NCBI GenBank assembly: GCA_009103225.1
Contig: RHPI01001043.1
Coordinates: forward strand, 63,978-127,977
Source: Chlorokybus atmophyticus
Lineage: Eukaryota > Plantae > Mesostigma and Chlorokybus algae
DNA length: 64,000 nt
Direction of reading: 5' to 3'
Shown here: positions 36,251-52,431 of the stretch, piece after piece
Layout of the letters: the number at the start of each line of letters is the position of its first letter
How positions within the stretch are numbered: position 1 is the first letter of the stretch
Notes under the pieces: generated by a model
What the model saw: the letters and a program-made list of their open reading frames with translations, nothing else
Database searches by the model: none
What the model was told of the DNA's origin: nothing
Position numbers and translations under genes: made by a program

Positions 36251-37937
36251 AGTCACTTCCTCCATGTCATATATGCTGATTACGTTATGGTAAAATGCTT
36301 ATAACGCATGTCGGTTACAGTTTAAGCGGGATGCACAATATAAATTGATAGGCATTCATTAATGATACATTCAATAGTCGATCATTACACATCAATGATG
36401 CACTTGATCATATCAACAATTGGAAGGCTTTACTGAATGTTTATATTAACACAAAAATAATACTCAAGGTTTTTGAAATATATATAACGGTTGATTTATT
36501 GAACAAATTACGAATATGAAGACTGAGTGGATCCACCCAGCCTTGCACCGGTCACGCATGTATGCACCGCAAACAGCAATATTTGCAGTTTGCATAAACA
36601 TTGCGCTATAGAATATAAAGCCTCCGAATGGACGATCATTTATAAACATAAGCCACAAGCGTAAGTTACATCAAGACATGCAACGCTTCATGTGTGCGTG
36701 TATAATGTAAAATTGCATTTGTCATCATACACACGGTGCGTGCTTACATACAAAGTCTGCAGTCAAACATGTTACAACAAGCAAAAAAGCAAGTTGCTGT
36801 CACATGGGCTGGCCTGGGTTGGCCGTACACATAACAAGCACCCAACAACATCACCATGGGCTAGACGAGCTTGCAGTGCACAGCCCACCACCACAGTTAC
36901 AGTCCGTGTCTGAGCCAATAATGCACAATGAGACAGCAGCCATGCGGGGTACGCGTGCATAATGCGGGTGAGATTGTAGTAGCGTCTACAGTACGTTTGC
37001 TAGCTTACATGTCACACGTAACATTAGCAAAGCATGATGTACAAGTTAACGCACACACCAAAAACCAGCCCACAGAGTATTGCAAGCAGTCGATACCGAT
37101 AGCATGCACTCACGCTAAAAATCCCAGTAGACAAAAAGGGACCGCAATACCAAAGACAAAAGACACCACACACGACGGATGCCAACAAGCACCTACATCT
37201 GAAGTTACTTAACCACTTTACTACCGAACCCCAGATAGACTAAGGGGGCTAGTTGCTGTGTGCAGCTATATGCAAGGCAGGACATGCAGCATTGACAACA
37301 ACAAGCATTTGTTCTGTGTGCTGCTGCACGTACATGTGGTCCCCACCCCTACCATGCCACACGCAATTAGCATTCTGCAGCTCATGCTAGTCACAGTAGC
37401 GCGCAGGGTGTACCAGACGGGTATGTTCAGCGAGTTGGCGCGTGCCTCTCAAACCGCATGTAAGCATCAGCCACGCTACAACCAGTCCAATCTCCCGCTC
37501 GCAACGGACGCAAACACAGCGACTAGGGACAAGAATATTCCGAATCGCGGCCAGATCAGGGCTGGCTGGCAAAGCGTGCGTGGCAAACCGGTACGAGGGG
37601 GGCGGCGGCGGGGGAGAACGACGAGGAGGAGGAGGACGACGAGGAGAAGTTGATCAGTCGGGAGGGGTCATCGTGTCAACCTCGCGATAAACGCTTCTAG
37701 GTGCAAGCAAAGGTGCTAAGGTAAAAGCAGCAACTGTTTTTGTTCTAGGCTTCTTAGGCGGCAGGCACGGCACTGGTCTAAGCGACTGTTTGTTTTTACG
37801 CTGATCGCTTGCTTGCTCAGGTTGCTGCCTTCATCATCACAGAGTCTTTGCGACTTGGCCTCCGAAGTGTTGCTCACCCCGCATTTACCGCCTGGCACAA
37901 GGCTGTCAGGCTGGGCGTAACCACCTTGCTGTCAAGC

Positions 37938-40900
37938 ATGCCCGGCGGTGGCTTGTGCTGCCCGGCTCTGTTCCAAAGACGAAGCAAAAAACAATTACGA
38001 CAAGCACAACACCACAATGGGGAAGCCAAACACCACACTGAAACCCACGATCCATCATCATCCGGCAACACAGCCGCACTAGCACACAGCGACTCAGCCT
38101 CCGCAAAGGTAAGCACGCTCACACGCAACCATACAGGTTCCAGCTAGTTCCTGCTTTGTTAGTCGTCGATTGGGGTTAATTGCCCTATATATGGCAGGTG
38201 TTGCCAATTGTGGGCAAGAGTGAACCTGGACCAGATCAGCAGAGGCTGGCTGCGAGCGTTGATGAGGCGCAGGCGAGTAACGATCCGGGGTTCGTTACTG
38301 CTCGGGACCTATCAGTTGCGGCTCCAGAAGCCTCGGGCGCCGTGCTCAGCGCAGAAGACAGTAAGTGGCCTGTATCTGCATGCTTGCGGGGGGGAGGGGG
38401 NNNNNNNNNNNNNNNNNNNNNNNNNNNNNNNNNNNNNNNNNNNNNNNNNNNNNNNNNNNNNNNNNNNNNNNNNNNNNNNNNNNNNNNNNNNNNGCTGACC
38501 AATTGCTGGCAAGTTGACTGCTTACAAGTTGTTCACTGCTTGAGCGGTTAGTAGCGCTCATTGTTGCATGAACACGTTTTTCTCTGCCTGCATACATATC
38601 TTTCTGGTTTGCACGCCGCTTCATTGTAGTGTGCAGTACCTTAGTACTACTTATGTTAATTGCTTGTATGTACATGTCTATCTGTTGCAAGTGGGTTATC
38701 ACTCGAATTGGAAAAAGGAGCAGTATATGTCTATGTCGTTGACTGTGGCCCAAAATGTGCTTGCCTTACTGCTTGTTCTTACAACAGTCGAGCTATGTAA
38801 ACATTTATGCGAATGTGTGTTAATCAGATGCTCTCATTTCAAGACGTTTGCACTCACGCTGGTGTGTCTGCAGGTTTTGACAGCAGCACCTATCATGACG
38901 CCGAGGCCTCGTTCACATCAGGAACAGCAGACACAGCAGGCAGCACTAGCATGAACAACACTGACGATTCACACTCGCATTCCCGTGGCCCGGGCGGGTT
39001 TCTCCGCTCTCTGAGGCAATTATCATTTGATGCGAGAGAACGTGAGCAGTATAAAGTGGACCCGGGCGGCAGTTTGGACCGGGAGAGGAGGCACACTGTG
39101 ACTGGGGACCATAATGTCCAACCTCATGTGGCGGGCTCAGATGATGGCGCGCATGGTGACAGATCGCATGCGAGCTTCCGGGATTGGCTGAAAGTGAGCT
39201 TGTGTGGCATGCATTGTCTGTTGGTGCTCTGTTAGATGTGTGCATGTTCATGCTTTCCAGCATTGTTGCACTCAATAGGCATCTACACCATTGACTCCAT
39301 GCATTGGCACACGTATCAAAGCCAATATTCGCATGCATGCATTTGGGTGACACCAGTTGTGTTGGCCAGCATGTTGGCCAGCATCGCCGGATTCAGCAGG
39401 CATACAAGCGATAAATAATGACAAATGTGCGCATGCTGTTGTGCGATGGCACTGCGAACAGTAATATTGGAAGCGCACTTCTGTAATAACCAGTGTCATG
39501 CATAACACTGTACGTACAGGTGCAGTCGTTGCTGGTTGTGTTTGATATGGATCTTCTTGCGTGCAATCCTGTCAAGAAGATAGCTGTGCATACGTATCCT
39601 GGTATATGCAATACTGTAGTAGCGGGTTTGGATCTGGAGGCTAGACTCAAAGCTTGTGCACAACATGCATATACAATTTGCACACATGACTGTATGCCAA
39701 GGGCTTGTATGTTTGTGTATTGATATACTCTCAAGTAATGTATCTTCCTTCTTCCTGCACAAACGCACACAACTGTGCACATTGTTATCTTTTCTGATAT
39801 GCAATCTCATGACGCTGATGGCACTGCTTGCAGGCCATCTCCCTTCCCAAGTCCAAACGCCAACTGCAAACTATACACTCCGAGCAGCCAGGTAGCCACT
39901 TACTGCATGCACGCAAGTGACAACTTGCATTGCCATTTGCTGCTAAAAGTGTGTGTTGCAGCACATGCATACAACATCAATACTTGACTGATTTCGTGAT
40001 GATGATGATTATGATTTGGTGCAGTGCTGCCGCTGCGATTGGTGCCCGGAAGCACGCTCGCTGGTGCGAGTATTACCGGCCATGCGGTTGAGGTAACAGA
40101 GCCGTTCGATGTCCGAGGACCCAAGTACTTCAAGTAAGTGTTGTTCAACAACAATCCATACAGGCTCCTCGCCATGTAGAGTCTGTCAATGCGTATAAAT
40201 TCGTGTTGTCAGCATGCATTCTCCTCCGTTATTAAATAGTTAATGTACTTTTGCACATCAATTGCTGCTGACCGCAGACCTTCGTTTTGCCTAACTGTTA
40301 CTTTTTTCTTGGACTGTGCTTGTGATTGAACCTTTTTGGTTCAGGGACAAGAAGAAGCAGCCCTCAGAACAGCCAGTCTATCAATTGCTAGCCGCAGGTA
40401 CTGTTAGCCTCTCAGCTTCTGATCCAGTCTGATCCAGTGTTTGGTCCAACACATGCTTCTTAACATTTGGCGGCATTACAGACGCACTGAAAAGCCCCAG
40501 CAAACTGTACCACATTACTCAGCATTTTGAGCTCGCACAACCGAGCCCGATGGTCGCCCGCAACCCAGCCGGCCTGCCGCCTTACTTGGTGGTGAATGTC
40601 CAGCTGCCGGACTACAGCCCGCCGTTGTGGGCGGGCGAAGATGCGGATGGCCCGAGCATTCAGCTGGTGTTCTTCTTCGCTTTGCGGGCAGAGTTTGTCG
40701 CGAAGCCCACCGATGCCACTCTCAAACTGCTGCAGGTAAGTTGTGTCTGATCTCGTCACAATGATTACAATTGCAGTGATGCAATGACCACACCTGTGTT
40801 ATTTTACAGCGGTTTGTGCAAGATCATCAGGAGCCTCATACCCGCGGTTTGTTTGGAGGAGGAGTGGACAAGTTCAGGGAGAGGCTAAAGCTTTTAGCGC

Positions 40901-41777
40901 GCATTGCCAACCCTCCTGAGGTGTGTGCAGTCTTTGTCTGGAGTGTTGTGCTTTACTTGTTGTCGGCTGTCGTCCATGTGAAGATCACCAGTACTCTAAG
41001 CAGTGGCCAGCGTGCTGCTCATACAGCATTGTCGTTAGTAGTGGCACAGAGGCTGTCATTGATGTGTGACTGATGTGTGCTTGCCAGGTGGAGATGAGTG
41101 CTGCTGAGCGCAAATTGGTCACATCCTACAACGGAAAGCCCGTGCTGACGAGGCCACAGCACACCTTTCATCAGGTGCGACGTTGTGTCCCACTGGTCAA
41201 GTAGGCAAGCTTTATGTTGTGTCCCATCGTCCAGCATAAGTATTCATTGTATTCATTGCGTGCGATGATCCATACGTCAAGTCTAGCATGGCATTAATGC
41301 CTAAAAAGTAATTGGTGAAACCTTCCATTGCAGAAATAAGGCTGGATGTGCATATGGTTGAAATGGACATGGTGACGTTCTCGTACTGCCAGCTGTTTAT
41401 GCATGCCAAGGTTATTGATGTTACATGGTGGTTGCTGCAGGGTGACACCTACCTGGAAGTTGATCTGGACGTGCACAGATTTAACTATCTTGCACGTAGA
41501 GGTCTGGAGACTTTCAAAACACGTTTTGAGCAAATGGTGCTGGACATCGGCTTTGTACTGCAGGTTGGTATGGAACATTCTTGTATGCGCCCGTCAAAAT
41601 CTATTACAGTGCACAGTTGTGATACCATGTTACCAAACACGCCTTGTGGTGCAGGGCAACGCGCATGATGAGCTTCCCGAACAGCTGCTCGCGTGTGTAC
41701 GGCTCAGCAAGTTGGGGCATGGCCAGGTTCGCTCACTCGAGGACGTGCTGCATGCATCCCACCACGCTGCTGAATAG
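37938..41777 (+). CDS. DUF1336 / EDR2 C-terminal domain protein with a long low-complexity N-terminus
   Basis: In-phase exons from MPGGGLCCP through [91 protein letters not shown]. An N gap lies inside one intron, so a small exon could be missing. Confidence 0.88.
38401..38493. other. Assembly gap (93 N)
   Basis: N run preceded by a G-rich run. Confidence 1.
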
Positions 41778-42548
41778 GTGAATCTAACGTGACTCCTTCA
41801 CTGATGGCTGCAGCATGGCATGCTTATTGTTCCAACAGCAGTAGATATATTGCTTTTGCACTTTGATTCAGTGAGTAAGGTTGGTAAGCTGTCCTGCGTT
41901 TTGTGTATACAATCATGACGACAACAGTGTGTTGGTGCGCAATACCTAACCGTTGGACAAGGCAGTCCTGAAAAGTTTGTGTCACACCTGCGGCATGAGA
42001 TGTGCAATGGGCCACATCCCATGGTACATCATCGTGTACACGTCCTAGCCTTCTGTTGGTGCTGAGCTGGAGGATTGCCTGAGGGAAAACTTTTAGTCTT
42101 CACCTTTCCACACCACAGAACTGGATGGGAATTGATTGCATCACATGTTAGGTGGGTACAGCAAGAGTTGTTCTGGTCACAATGTCCGTGACTTCCTTGT
42201 AAAGTGTTGACCGCAGAGTATATACACTGCTTATGTTTTTATTTGGTCCAGTATCCGCGACATTCTGCACACAAAACTGCTTGCCATGTCACGACCTGCC
42301 TGCATGCAACATCTTGATGGCACAATGAGGGCTTTTTGACAGAGGTGACTACGATATTCGCACTGCTGCTCATGTAACCAAAACGTGCCAGCTGGAGCTC
42401 TCTGGGAATGGTTTTCCACTGTAGGCGACGTGGCTTGCAACTGGCAACAGCAACTGACCCTGTGATATGCACCTCCAGCACACGCAGCAGGAACTGCATA
42501 CACGCGGCGACAACGTACATGCTCCACGGTGACGCTTATGGATGGTCA

Positions 42549-45288
42549 TCATAGCCTGAGACCTGCAAGAAGGCCGCACAGCCCAATGTTGTGTTCAAGC
42601 CAATGACCTTTGTAGCACGCAGAGTGCTTGTCACTGTGTTGCTGATGAATGGCTGTGTGGTTTGGGGAGGAACGGGCAAAAGTGAGCTGGTTTTACACCA
42701 TGCGGGCACGTTAGGACCACAAGTGTGCACACCTGCCAACAGGCAGCTACAAAACAGCGGGTTACCTGCAATGCATTCGTTGACTAGCGCCCGCCTTGGC
42801 TACACAGTTGTTGTAGCTTGTGTGGTGTTTACTGCAATCAAGAAGAGAAGGAGCAGTGAGTCGTGCTATGCTATAAACTAAAGTTTGCAGGTACACACTT
42901 GTGACACTGCATGTTCACGCAGATTGGCATGTGAGAGTTCCCCTTTGCATCTTTTGTACACACTGTGAAGGTGTACAAAAGTGGGTGTGTTTGAGCAAAC
43001 ACAGGCACTGAGGCAATGACAGTACCTGGTTGCTGTGCTGCAGGTGCTCCGGGTGTAATAGGTGTCACCTGGGATTTATCGTCAAGTTGCTGAAGGCCTC
43101 GATTTCTCAATAGAAGACGCTTTCCCAGATTATCAAGCATCGGGTTGAAGACAAGACGCGTCTCCACCTCTTTGCTTACAAAGAACATAAAGAAGATGAT
43201 GCCGACAAAGCTCCACGCGCCACCCTGACCGAAGATGACACAACTGATAAGTTCACCACACACGTTGTATCGAGACAACACGCTGTGGTCAGCGGATGTA
43301 GCTCAACGCACCACGTTGCCAATGATGCCAAAAAGGGGTGCATTGTCGTCTATGTGGAGCGTTCCTTCTGGAGACGCGTAAAGCCACATGACGAGCGCTT
43401 GATTGAAACTCGCTGGAGGTAGGTACGCTCCGGACCTTTGCGTGCCATTATATTGCATCTCGGAGGATGAAATGCTTTGCACGGAATACAGATTCAACTG
43501 AACAGAACAAGAGGAAGATGAGTACGCTCGTCACCATCAGTAACAACACCTTACAACAGCTTGTAACAACCACAAACAAGAGCGCACCGGCTCTCCCAAA
43601 CTGATGGCGCCATCCAAGCGTCTCCTCGCAGTTTTTGCAACTGTCACCCTATTGACCTTCCTAACCGGCAGATATGCCGAGCCTTGTACATCCGTCTGGA
43701 TGTCATAAAACCACCGATCGCTGCCAACAAACAGGTGTACAACCAAGGATATGAGACATGCTCATGTGTCAGAGATATGTCACACAATGTACGTACTCGC
43801 GCCTTGATGCTGTCTCAGGCAGGTTTGGGGGCGTGTCTGCAAATGCAACTAACAGATCGGCACCCATGACATCCACAAAGGTCCCGTTAAACCAGAGGTG
43901 GAAGCCGAAGCCTGTTTGGGGATCCATCGGTGGCGTGCTAATGAAGTCATAGATTATGCACCAGTCATCTGGTGCAGAAGTGGAGTTGCGATAGAAGAAT
44001 GTGAAGGATAGTTCAGTGGTGGTTTGGATTGTATGATTGGTGAATGCGAGCCCATTCCCAGCCTGACTGCTTGTTACATACGAGCATCGTTGCTGCACAC
44101 GGAGTTTTACAAAAAAATCTGAGAACAGCGTTCACTGGCAATGAAGGCTGACGGGGTCACTCCATGCATGACAGCAACCAGCTTATGCACTGTTGAAGCG
44201 CGTGTGTGTGCGTGTGTGCTTGCGTGTGCGTGTGTGTGCTGCTACACATCTGTGCACGTCTGTCCGTCTGTGCATGTACATACTGACACACACGCACGCA
44301 TGCATGTCACTATACACGCACCCATGCATGCTCATCCACCTGTTCGCGCGTGCCTTGTGTGAGCCTCACAATGAAGTAACAAGTATGCACATACAGTGAA
44401 TGAGTGAGGTTTGGCTGACCTGCACAAGATTGGCTTCTGGTTTGAAGGGAGGTCCAGGGTACATGCTGGCGGGCTCACACGCGCCTTTGTCAAGTCCGGG
44501 TTGTGTAGCCGTTCTTGGGAAGAACCGCGGAAAGATGGTACTGGTGTCCACAGCAATCTGTGCACGAGCATGGTTGATATGTGTCCAATATCTCCTGCTT
44601 GCAATGACCATTAAGACCCAACATGCTTGCCTTTCCGTATGAGCACAGCAGAACGCTAGGCAGGGTAATCGCCTCCTCCCTTGGGATGTTAAATGTAATG
44701 GTCACGGAGGGGTCCTTGTAATCACTAATCAACTGCAAGAGCACTACTGTTATTGTGTGCTCTTATAGTGCGCAGCAGGTAAGCAACACTGAACTGCAGA
44801 CTTCATGTAGCGCAACCATCGTTAAGCATGGCACTGTGTCATGTAAGCTCAACATGCTTTACAGTGAGCTGCAGTTTGTTGAACATAAGGGCTCCTTACC
44901 TGAACAACAAGGTAAGCGCAGTAGGCTACGAAGGCGACGAGCAGTAGGCCGTATATGAACCAGGCGCGCTTGCGGTGATGCTCCTCCACCTCCACCACGT
45001 TGATGCCGCCGATAGAGCTCACTGCCGCAAGCGCTTTGGGCAACTGAACAGAGAGCAGATCACACAACAGAATACTTGTCGACTGAGCGCAACACACCAT
45101 CCCAGCTCTACACAATAGTGCACAACAACACAGCAACTGCAGTATGGCAGAGCCAAAGCAAATCAGATCTTCTTCTGTTATGCTCGTGCTGTAAAGCATG
45201 CACTGCGTGCCAGGTCAGACACGGGCTTGCTAACAAACCATGTCCTCAGTATATGACAGCAGATCAAGCTCACCTTCTTCGTTGCCAT
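42549..45288 (-). CDS. Orphan membrane protein of about 400 aa with two TM helices and a large intervening loop; ENaC/DEG- or PAC(TMEM206)-like topology
   Basis: In-phase splice model: MATKK, then exon 45043-44900 carrying TM1 AWFIYGLLLVAFVAYCAYLVVQ, then LISDYKDPSVTITF..ITLPSVLLCSYGK, a GC-AG intron 44630-44558, and further exons to LFGIIGNV-GGAWSFVGIIFFMFF (TM2), a cytosolic tail, and stop near 42549. Family assignment is inference only. Confidence 0.7.
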
Positions 45289-45796
45289 TGCGCCTCAACT
45301 CCCTAAAGGCGGATCTGGGTCCCGGCCCACCTCCAGATCGATTGCAAACTGAGCACCTTCCTGACACCTTTCTGTCCTGCTTGTGCTTAGCTGACCTGCC
45401 CTCAGCAGCAATGCCGTCTCACACCACCACTTCAGAAGACAGCTTCAGCTACAGCAACAAGTAAAACAAGCTCGAACAGATCGACAAGCTTGCACCCTAA
45501 CCACCTGGCCGCCGCCACCGTCGCTGACAAGCAGTGCTTGTCACATTGTGTTTTTGTCGCTAGGCCTAGGCCTGCATATAACACGCGGCTGCGCACAGCA
45601 GCACTGTGACTGCTCGTGAGGCTGGTCTAGACTGCCGTGCCACTGCAGTGCCACACTAGCAGCGTTACAACGGATATCATCAAGAGCGTTTTGGGCACTG
45701 GGCTTCCTGCTTCCATTGGTCCAGATGGTCCGGTTATTGGCATATATGACAGTCTTTATCAGGTAAACTTCTGCTCAGAGTGCGATCGTGGCAGTC

Positions 45797-48605
<2,809 letters not shown>

Positions 48606-50880
48606 TTGTGGTAGTGTGCAGGAGTGGTGTGGCAGTTTTGTTGCTGAACGGTAGTGTTGCTGTAAATAAATACCATTGCTTATTGCTTGCAATAATGATC
48701 GAGGGTAGTTGCTGGGTTGGGACTCTGCACCTTAGTCATGTGCGGAGTTGGTTTGGTCTGACACTATGCTACACTTACCAGACAGGCATTACACATTTGT
48801 GGCGGCGGTTGTCGGTGGGTCATCATGCCATGTTGTCGTTATGTGATGGGGCCGTATTGAGTCAAAAATAAACCTCAACAAAGTGAGACATAGCGGCAAA
48901 AATCTTCCATGTGCCCATGGTGTAAACGGGCCGTATACAAAAATTACGCAATACGTATGCATATGCACGACACATGCAATGGACTCAGCATCATGTCCAC
49001 ATGCAGTCCACACCGTTCATATAGACCACCGGCCTACTGTCACTAGCTCACTTTACTACCTACTCTACCAACAATGTGTTGCGGATGCAAAGGATCACAA
49101 CATGGTATACAGAAGATGCACGGAGGAACTCGCACATGCAGAACTGCGTGAACATGCAATGCCACAACCCCTCACCAACTTGACCAGCGGGCTAAGCTTA
49201 AGGCATGCGCCTGCATGCCATCTCCAACTACCTACCACCCACCCATATCCCCTATCCATATCACTATTGCCCCCTCTCATACATGCATGCATGCATGACA
49301 GTTGCAGTTAACTAGACTCTAAACAAGCGCTATACAGGGAAGGTGATTAATTACCAAGGTTGATGTGCCTAGTTCGTTGACAAATGATTGGGTTTATGGT
49401 AGATCCCACGATAGGCTCTTGAATTGAATATTGCAGTTGTGGTTGGTCCACAAGTGCTATAAATAAAACCATTGTGCAGCATGTTGTAGGCATAGTAGTT
49501 GAGATTGCCATAGCATGCAGAATGTGTATGCGAGCACACATGTCACTCCCGCACGCAGTCACCACTGAGCATACAAGCAACCCATGTACAAACACAACAA
49601 TCCCCTTAAAGAGTGACTCGTAACCAACTCATTTCATCAACAAATCAAGCATTGTGCGCATCTTGCAACTTAAGAACGCCACAAAGCACATGTGTACGCA
49701 CACAAGATGATGCGAGTATTAAGAGTGAGCACACGGCACTGCATAATTTGCCACGTACTCGTTGCCACTTGAACTCTTCCTTACCCTACCACACACAATA
49801 TAGCTGCGGGATGAATCACTCTTGAACCTATGTGTTGTGCAGAGAAAGAGGATGAACGCAGCAGATCAACATGATGTTAAAAGTTGAAGTGCGCGCGGCA
49901 AGTGCTGATAACGTGAAAAAGCCATAGGTAGAGGAGTTGAGAGTTAAAGCACATGTTTCATGTTTACAAGTACTTGGCGTGCAAGCATTCTATTTTATGA
50001 TCAAGCTCAAGGCTTTACCTCTTGTCTGCCACCGGCGGGCATACAAAACGTACAAAAAGAGTAGACTAGTTGTCTACTTTTTGTCATAAACACTTTATGC
50101 AATCAACCTCTCAATGATAGTGTTAACAACGTCATACACAAATTCAACACCTTATGCAAACCGTAACTTCATAACTCCGATAGCATAATAATCGTGCTTT
50201 TCAACATGCACAATGTGAGTGTAAGTAACGCATTACATTAAACTTGAATTTTGGCTCAAGAGTGTAAGTATCGCATTACATATGTGTTTATGAATAAACC
50301 TTGCTCATTTTTAGCATACTTTGCCTGAATTGAAATTTTGCAACTATACTTGGCACATGCTAAGTATACCATTTATGCAGCATGCCACGCGTCAAGCTTC
50401 AGATGTACTAAGCAACCAGCAAGCACACTATTGCAATGCCATAGAATCTCTATAACGGGCACTGGTCAATGTACTGGTATTGTTGCTTTGTTAAGGCCTC
50501 TCTTAAGCACGGGTGTTATGGAGATGTTTGCATTGCCTTAACTTATCAATTGCAGCGAGTGCGCTTTCATCGATCGTGTGTTTAAATCATTCATCGCACA
50601 ATATCTTATAGCACATAATGTCAATGAGAGGATAAGAGCTGCTGAATAAATAGCCGGACAGAATAACAAAAAAGCGCTCTAGAAGGGCCGTTACAAACTT
50701 GATGAGTGGTATAATTCACTACTTCAATTACAAACCATTGTGTGCATGCATAATGTATAAGGCATAGAGCAAAAAAGTCAACTAGCCACAACAAGTAGCA
50801 CCACAAGCAGCAAGCAGACTAGGCACACACGTCGCAAATTTTACACGGTGACTGACGAGAGACTGAGGGACTGTTGGATG

Positions 50881-52420
50881 CCTGACCCTATCTGACCCTA
50901 ACGGACCTAACGACTTGGGCCGCAGAGGGACTGAATAAATAAATGCCGGTGCGTATTGTGGACAATAAGTAATTGCCGACCCCCGATCGTACAGTACAGT
51001 GGACTGTTGCCTACCAGTGATGACGTGACATCAACATATTTTGACGGCCGACCGCCGGTCATACTTCTTCCGTAACGGCGACCTACCTGTAATGGCAATT
51101 AAGTGTATATTCAGGCCCCTAATGGCGGCGGTCGATACCGGTGAGTTGGAGTTGACCCGCGGCCGGCCGTCGGCCGTACATAAGCCGCGCCGGCGACTAA
51201 CCTATATTGGCAAGCAAGTGACCATTCAATCTCAACCAAGTCTCCTAAGAGGGACGAACGATGGCGGCGAGTACCTGTTAGTCCGGTTAGTTATACTCGG
51301 CACACTTAATGGAACAATAGTACCATTGCGATGGTACAACAGTCCCATCAAAGTACCCTATACGGTACTCATCATTCAATGGTGGAACGGTGCTGTCGTA
51401 CCATTTTAATGGTACGACCGTACCATTGAACTTGAAGACGTTGAGCGTTTAAAACGCAGCAGCATTTCAAACGCTGAACGGCTTCATTTACGAGGACAGT
51501 TGTGCGGCGGTGGCGGCGGCGACGGCGGTGGTGGCGTTGGCGGCGGCGGCGGCGGTTGGTGAGTTTGTGTATATGTGTGTACACCGAGTAGTTGAGTTGC
51601 ATGTGCATGATGGCGTTATGTTAAGTGCAACAGCACAACCCGCCCTTCTTACAGGCCAGGTCAGGCCAGGCCAGGGTGCGGCGGTGGCGGCATGGTAGGT
51701 GAGTTTCTTTGTATGTGTGTGTATGATGCCGTTGTGTTGACGCCCTTCTTGCCGACCAGGCCAAGCGGAGGAGGAGCGGCGGCGCAGGCGCGGAGGAGTG
51801 GAGAGTGGAGGAGCGGCGGCTGAGTATAAGGGTAGAGTATATAGGGTAGTAGTAGTAGTAGCTCAATGTAGTAGTAGTAGTAGTAGCTCAATGTAGTTTA
51901 CATTGTAGCGTAGTAACATGTTACAATGTTTATTATTATCGAGTTATATGTTTATTATTATTATATTATATTTTACATTTGTGAATCAGTCAAGTTAAGA
52001 CATTATATTATATAAATGTGACTCGCCGTCTCTCACAGTCGACGACAATCACATGCAGTACCTGCTCGTGACTGAATGGTACCGATAGGTATTGGGGACA
52101 GTGACGTCAGGTACCTTGAAGGTAACATAAGGTACCCCAAAGGTACCTGTTAGTTGGGTACCTTCGAGGTACAGTCGCCGGTACTTAATTGTTAGGTACC
52201 GGTTAGTTAGGTCAAGTCCCCTTTGCTTGACTGATGGGTATTCAACAGGTACCTGTTAGTCTAGGTTAGTCCCTTTATCAAAACGGCCGCCGACTGATGG
52301 TGACGGCCGTTATACTCAGGTCTCTGTATCAACATTACAGGTGGACTGAGGTACGACAGTCAAATTGAATATCTTCAGGTGCACGGCCGTTGCCAATATC
52401 TCATCGGCCGGCAGGGGAAA
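50881..52420. repeat. Non-coding, palindrome-dense element: two related flanks (about 50881-51430 and 52020-52420) around a GGC-rich/(TAG)n core; probable mobile or satellite-derived sequence
   Basis: The 12-mer GTACCTGTTAGT occurs at 51281, 52143 and 52249. There are 7 GGTACC in 52078-52253 and 8 CGGCCG across both flanks, plus a perfect 11-bp hairpin at 51395-51418. No credible ORF. Confidence 0.55.
51490..51900 (+). other. Candidate spliced non-coding or micro-ORF transcript with two homologous introns and a (TAG)n tail
   Basis: GTGAGTTT..CCCTTCTTACAG (51559-51654) and GTGAGTTT..CCCTTCTTGCCGACCAG (51699-51759) share internal sequence; (TAG)n and TAT-rich runs follow at 51846-51975. Confidence 0.35.
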
Positions 52421-52431
52421 CAATTTGCGAC

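Noticed and set aside
48700-50850. AT-richer intergenic stretch examined for transposase or reverse transcriptase remnants
   Set aside because: No recognisable coding motifs; only a short hairpin near 50073-50102.
51846-52260. Regularly recurring GGTACC and TAG units as a CRISPR-like array
   Set aside because: No constant-length direct repeat with unique spacers, no cas genes, and a eukaryotic context.
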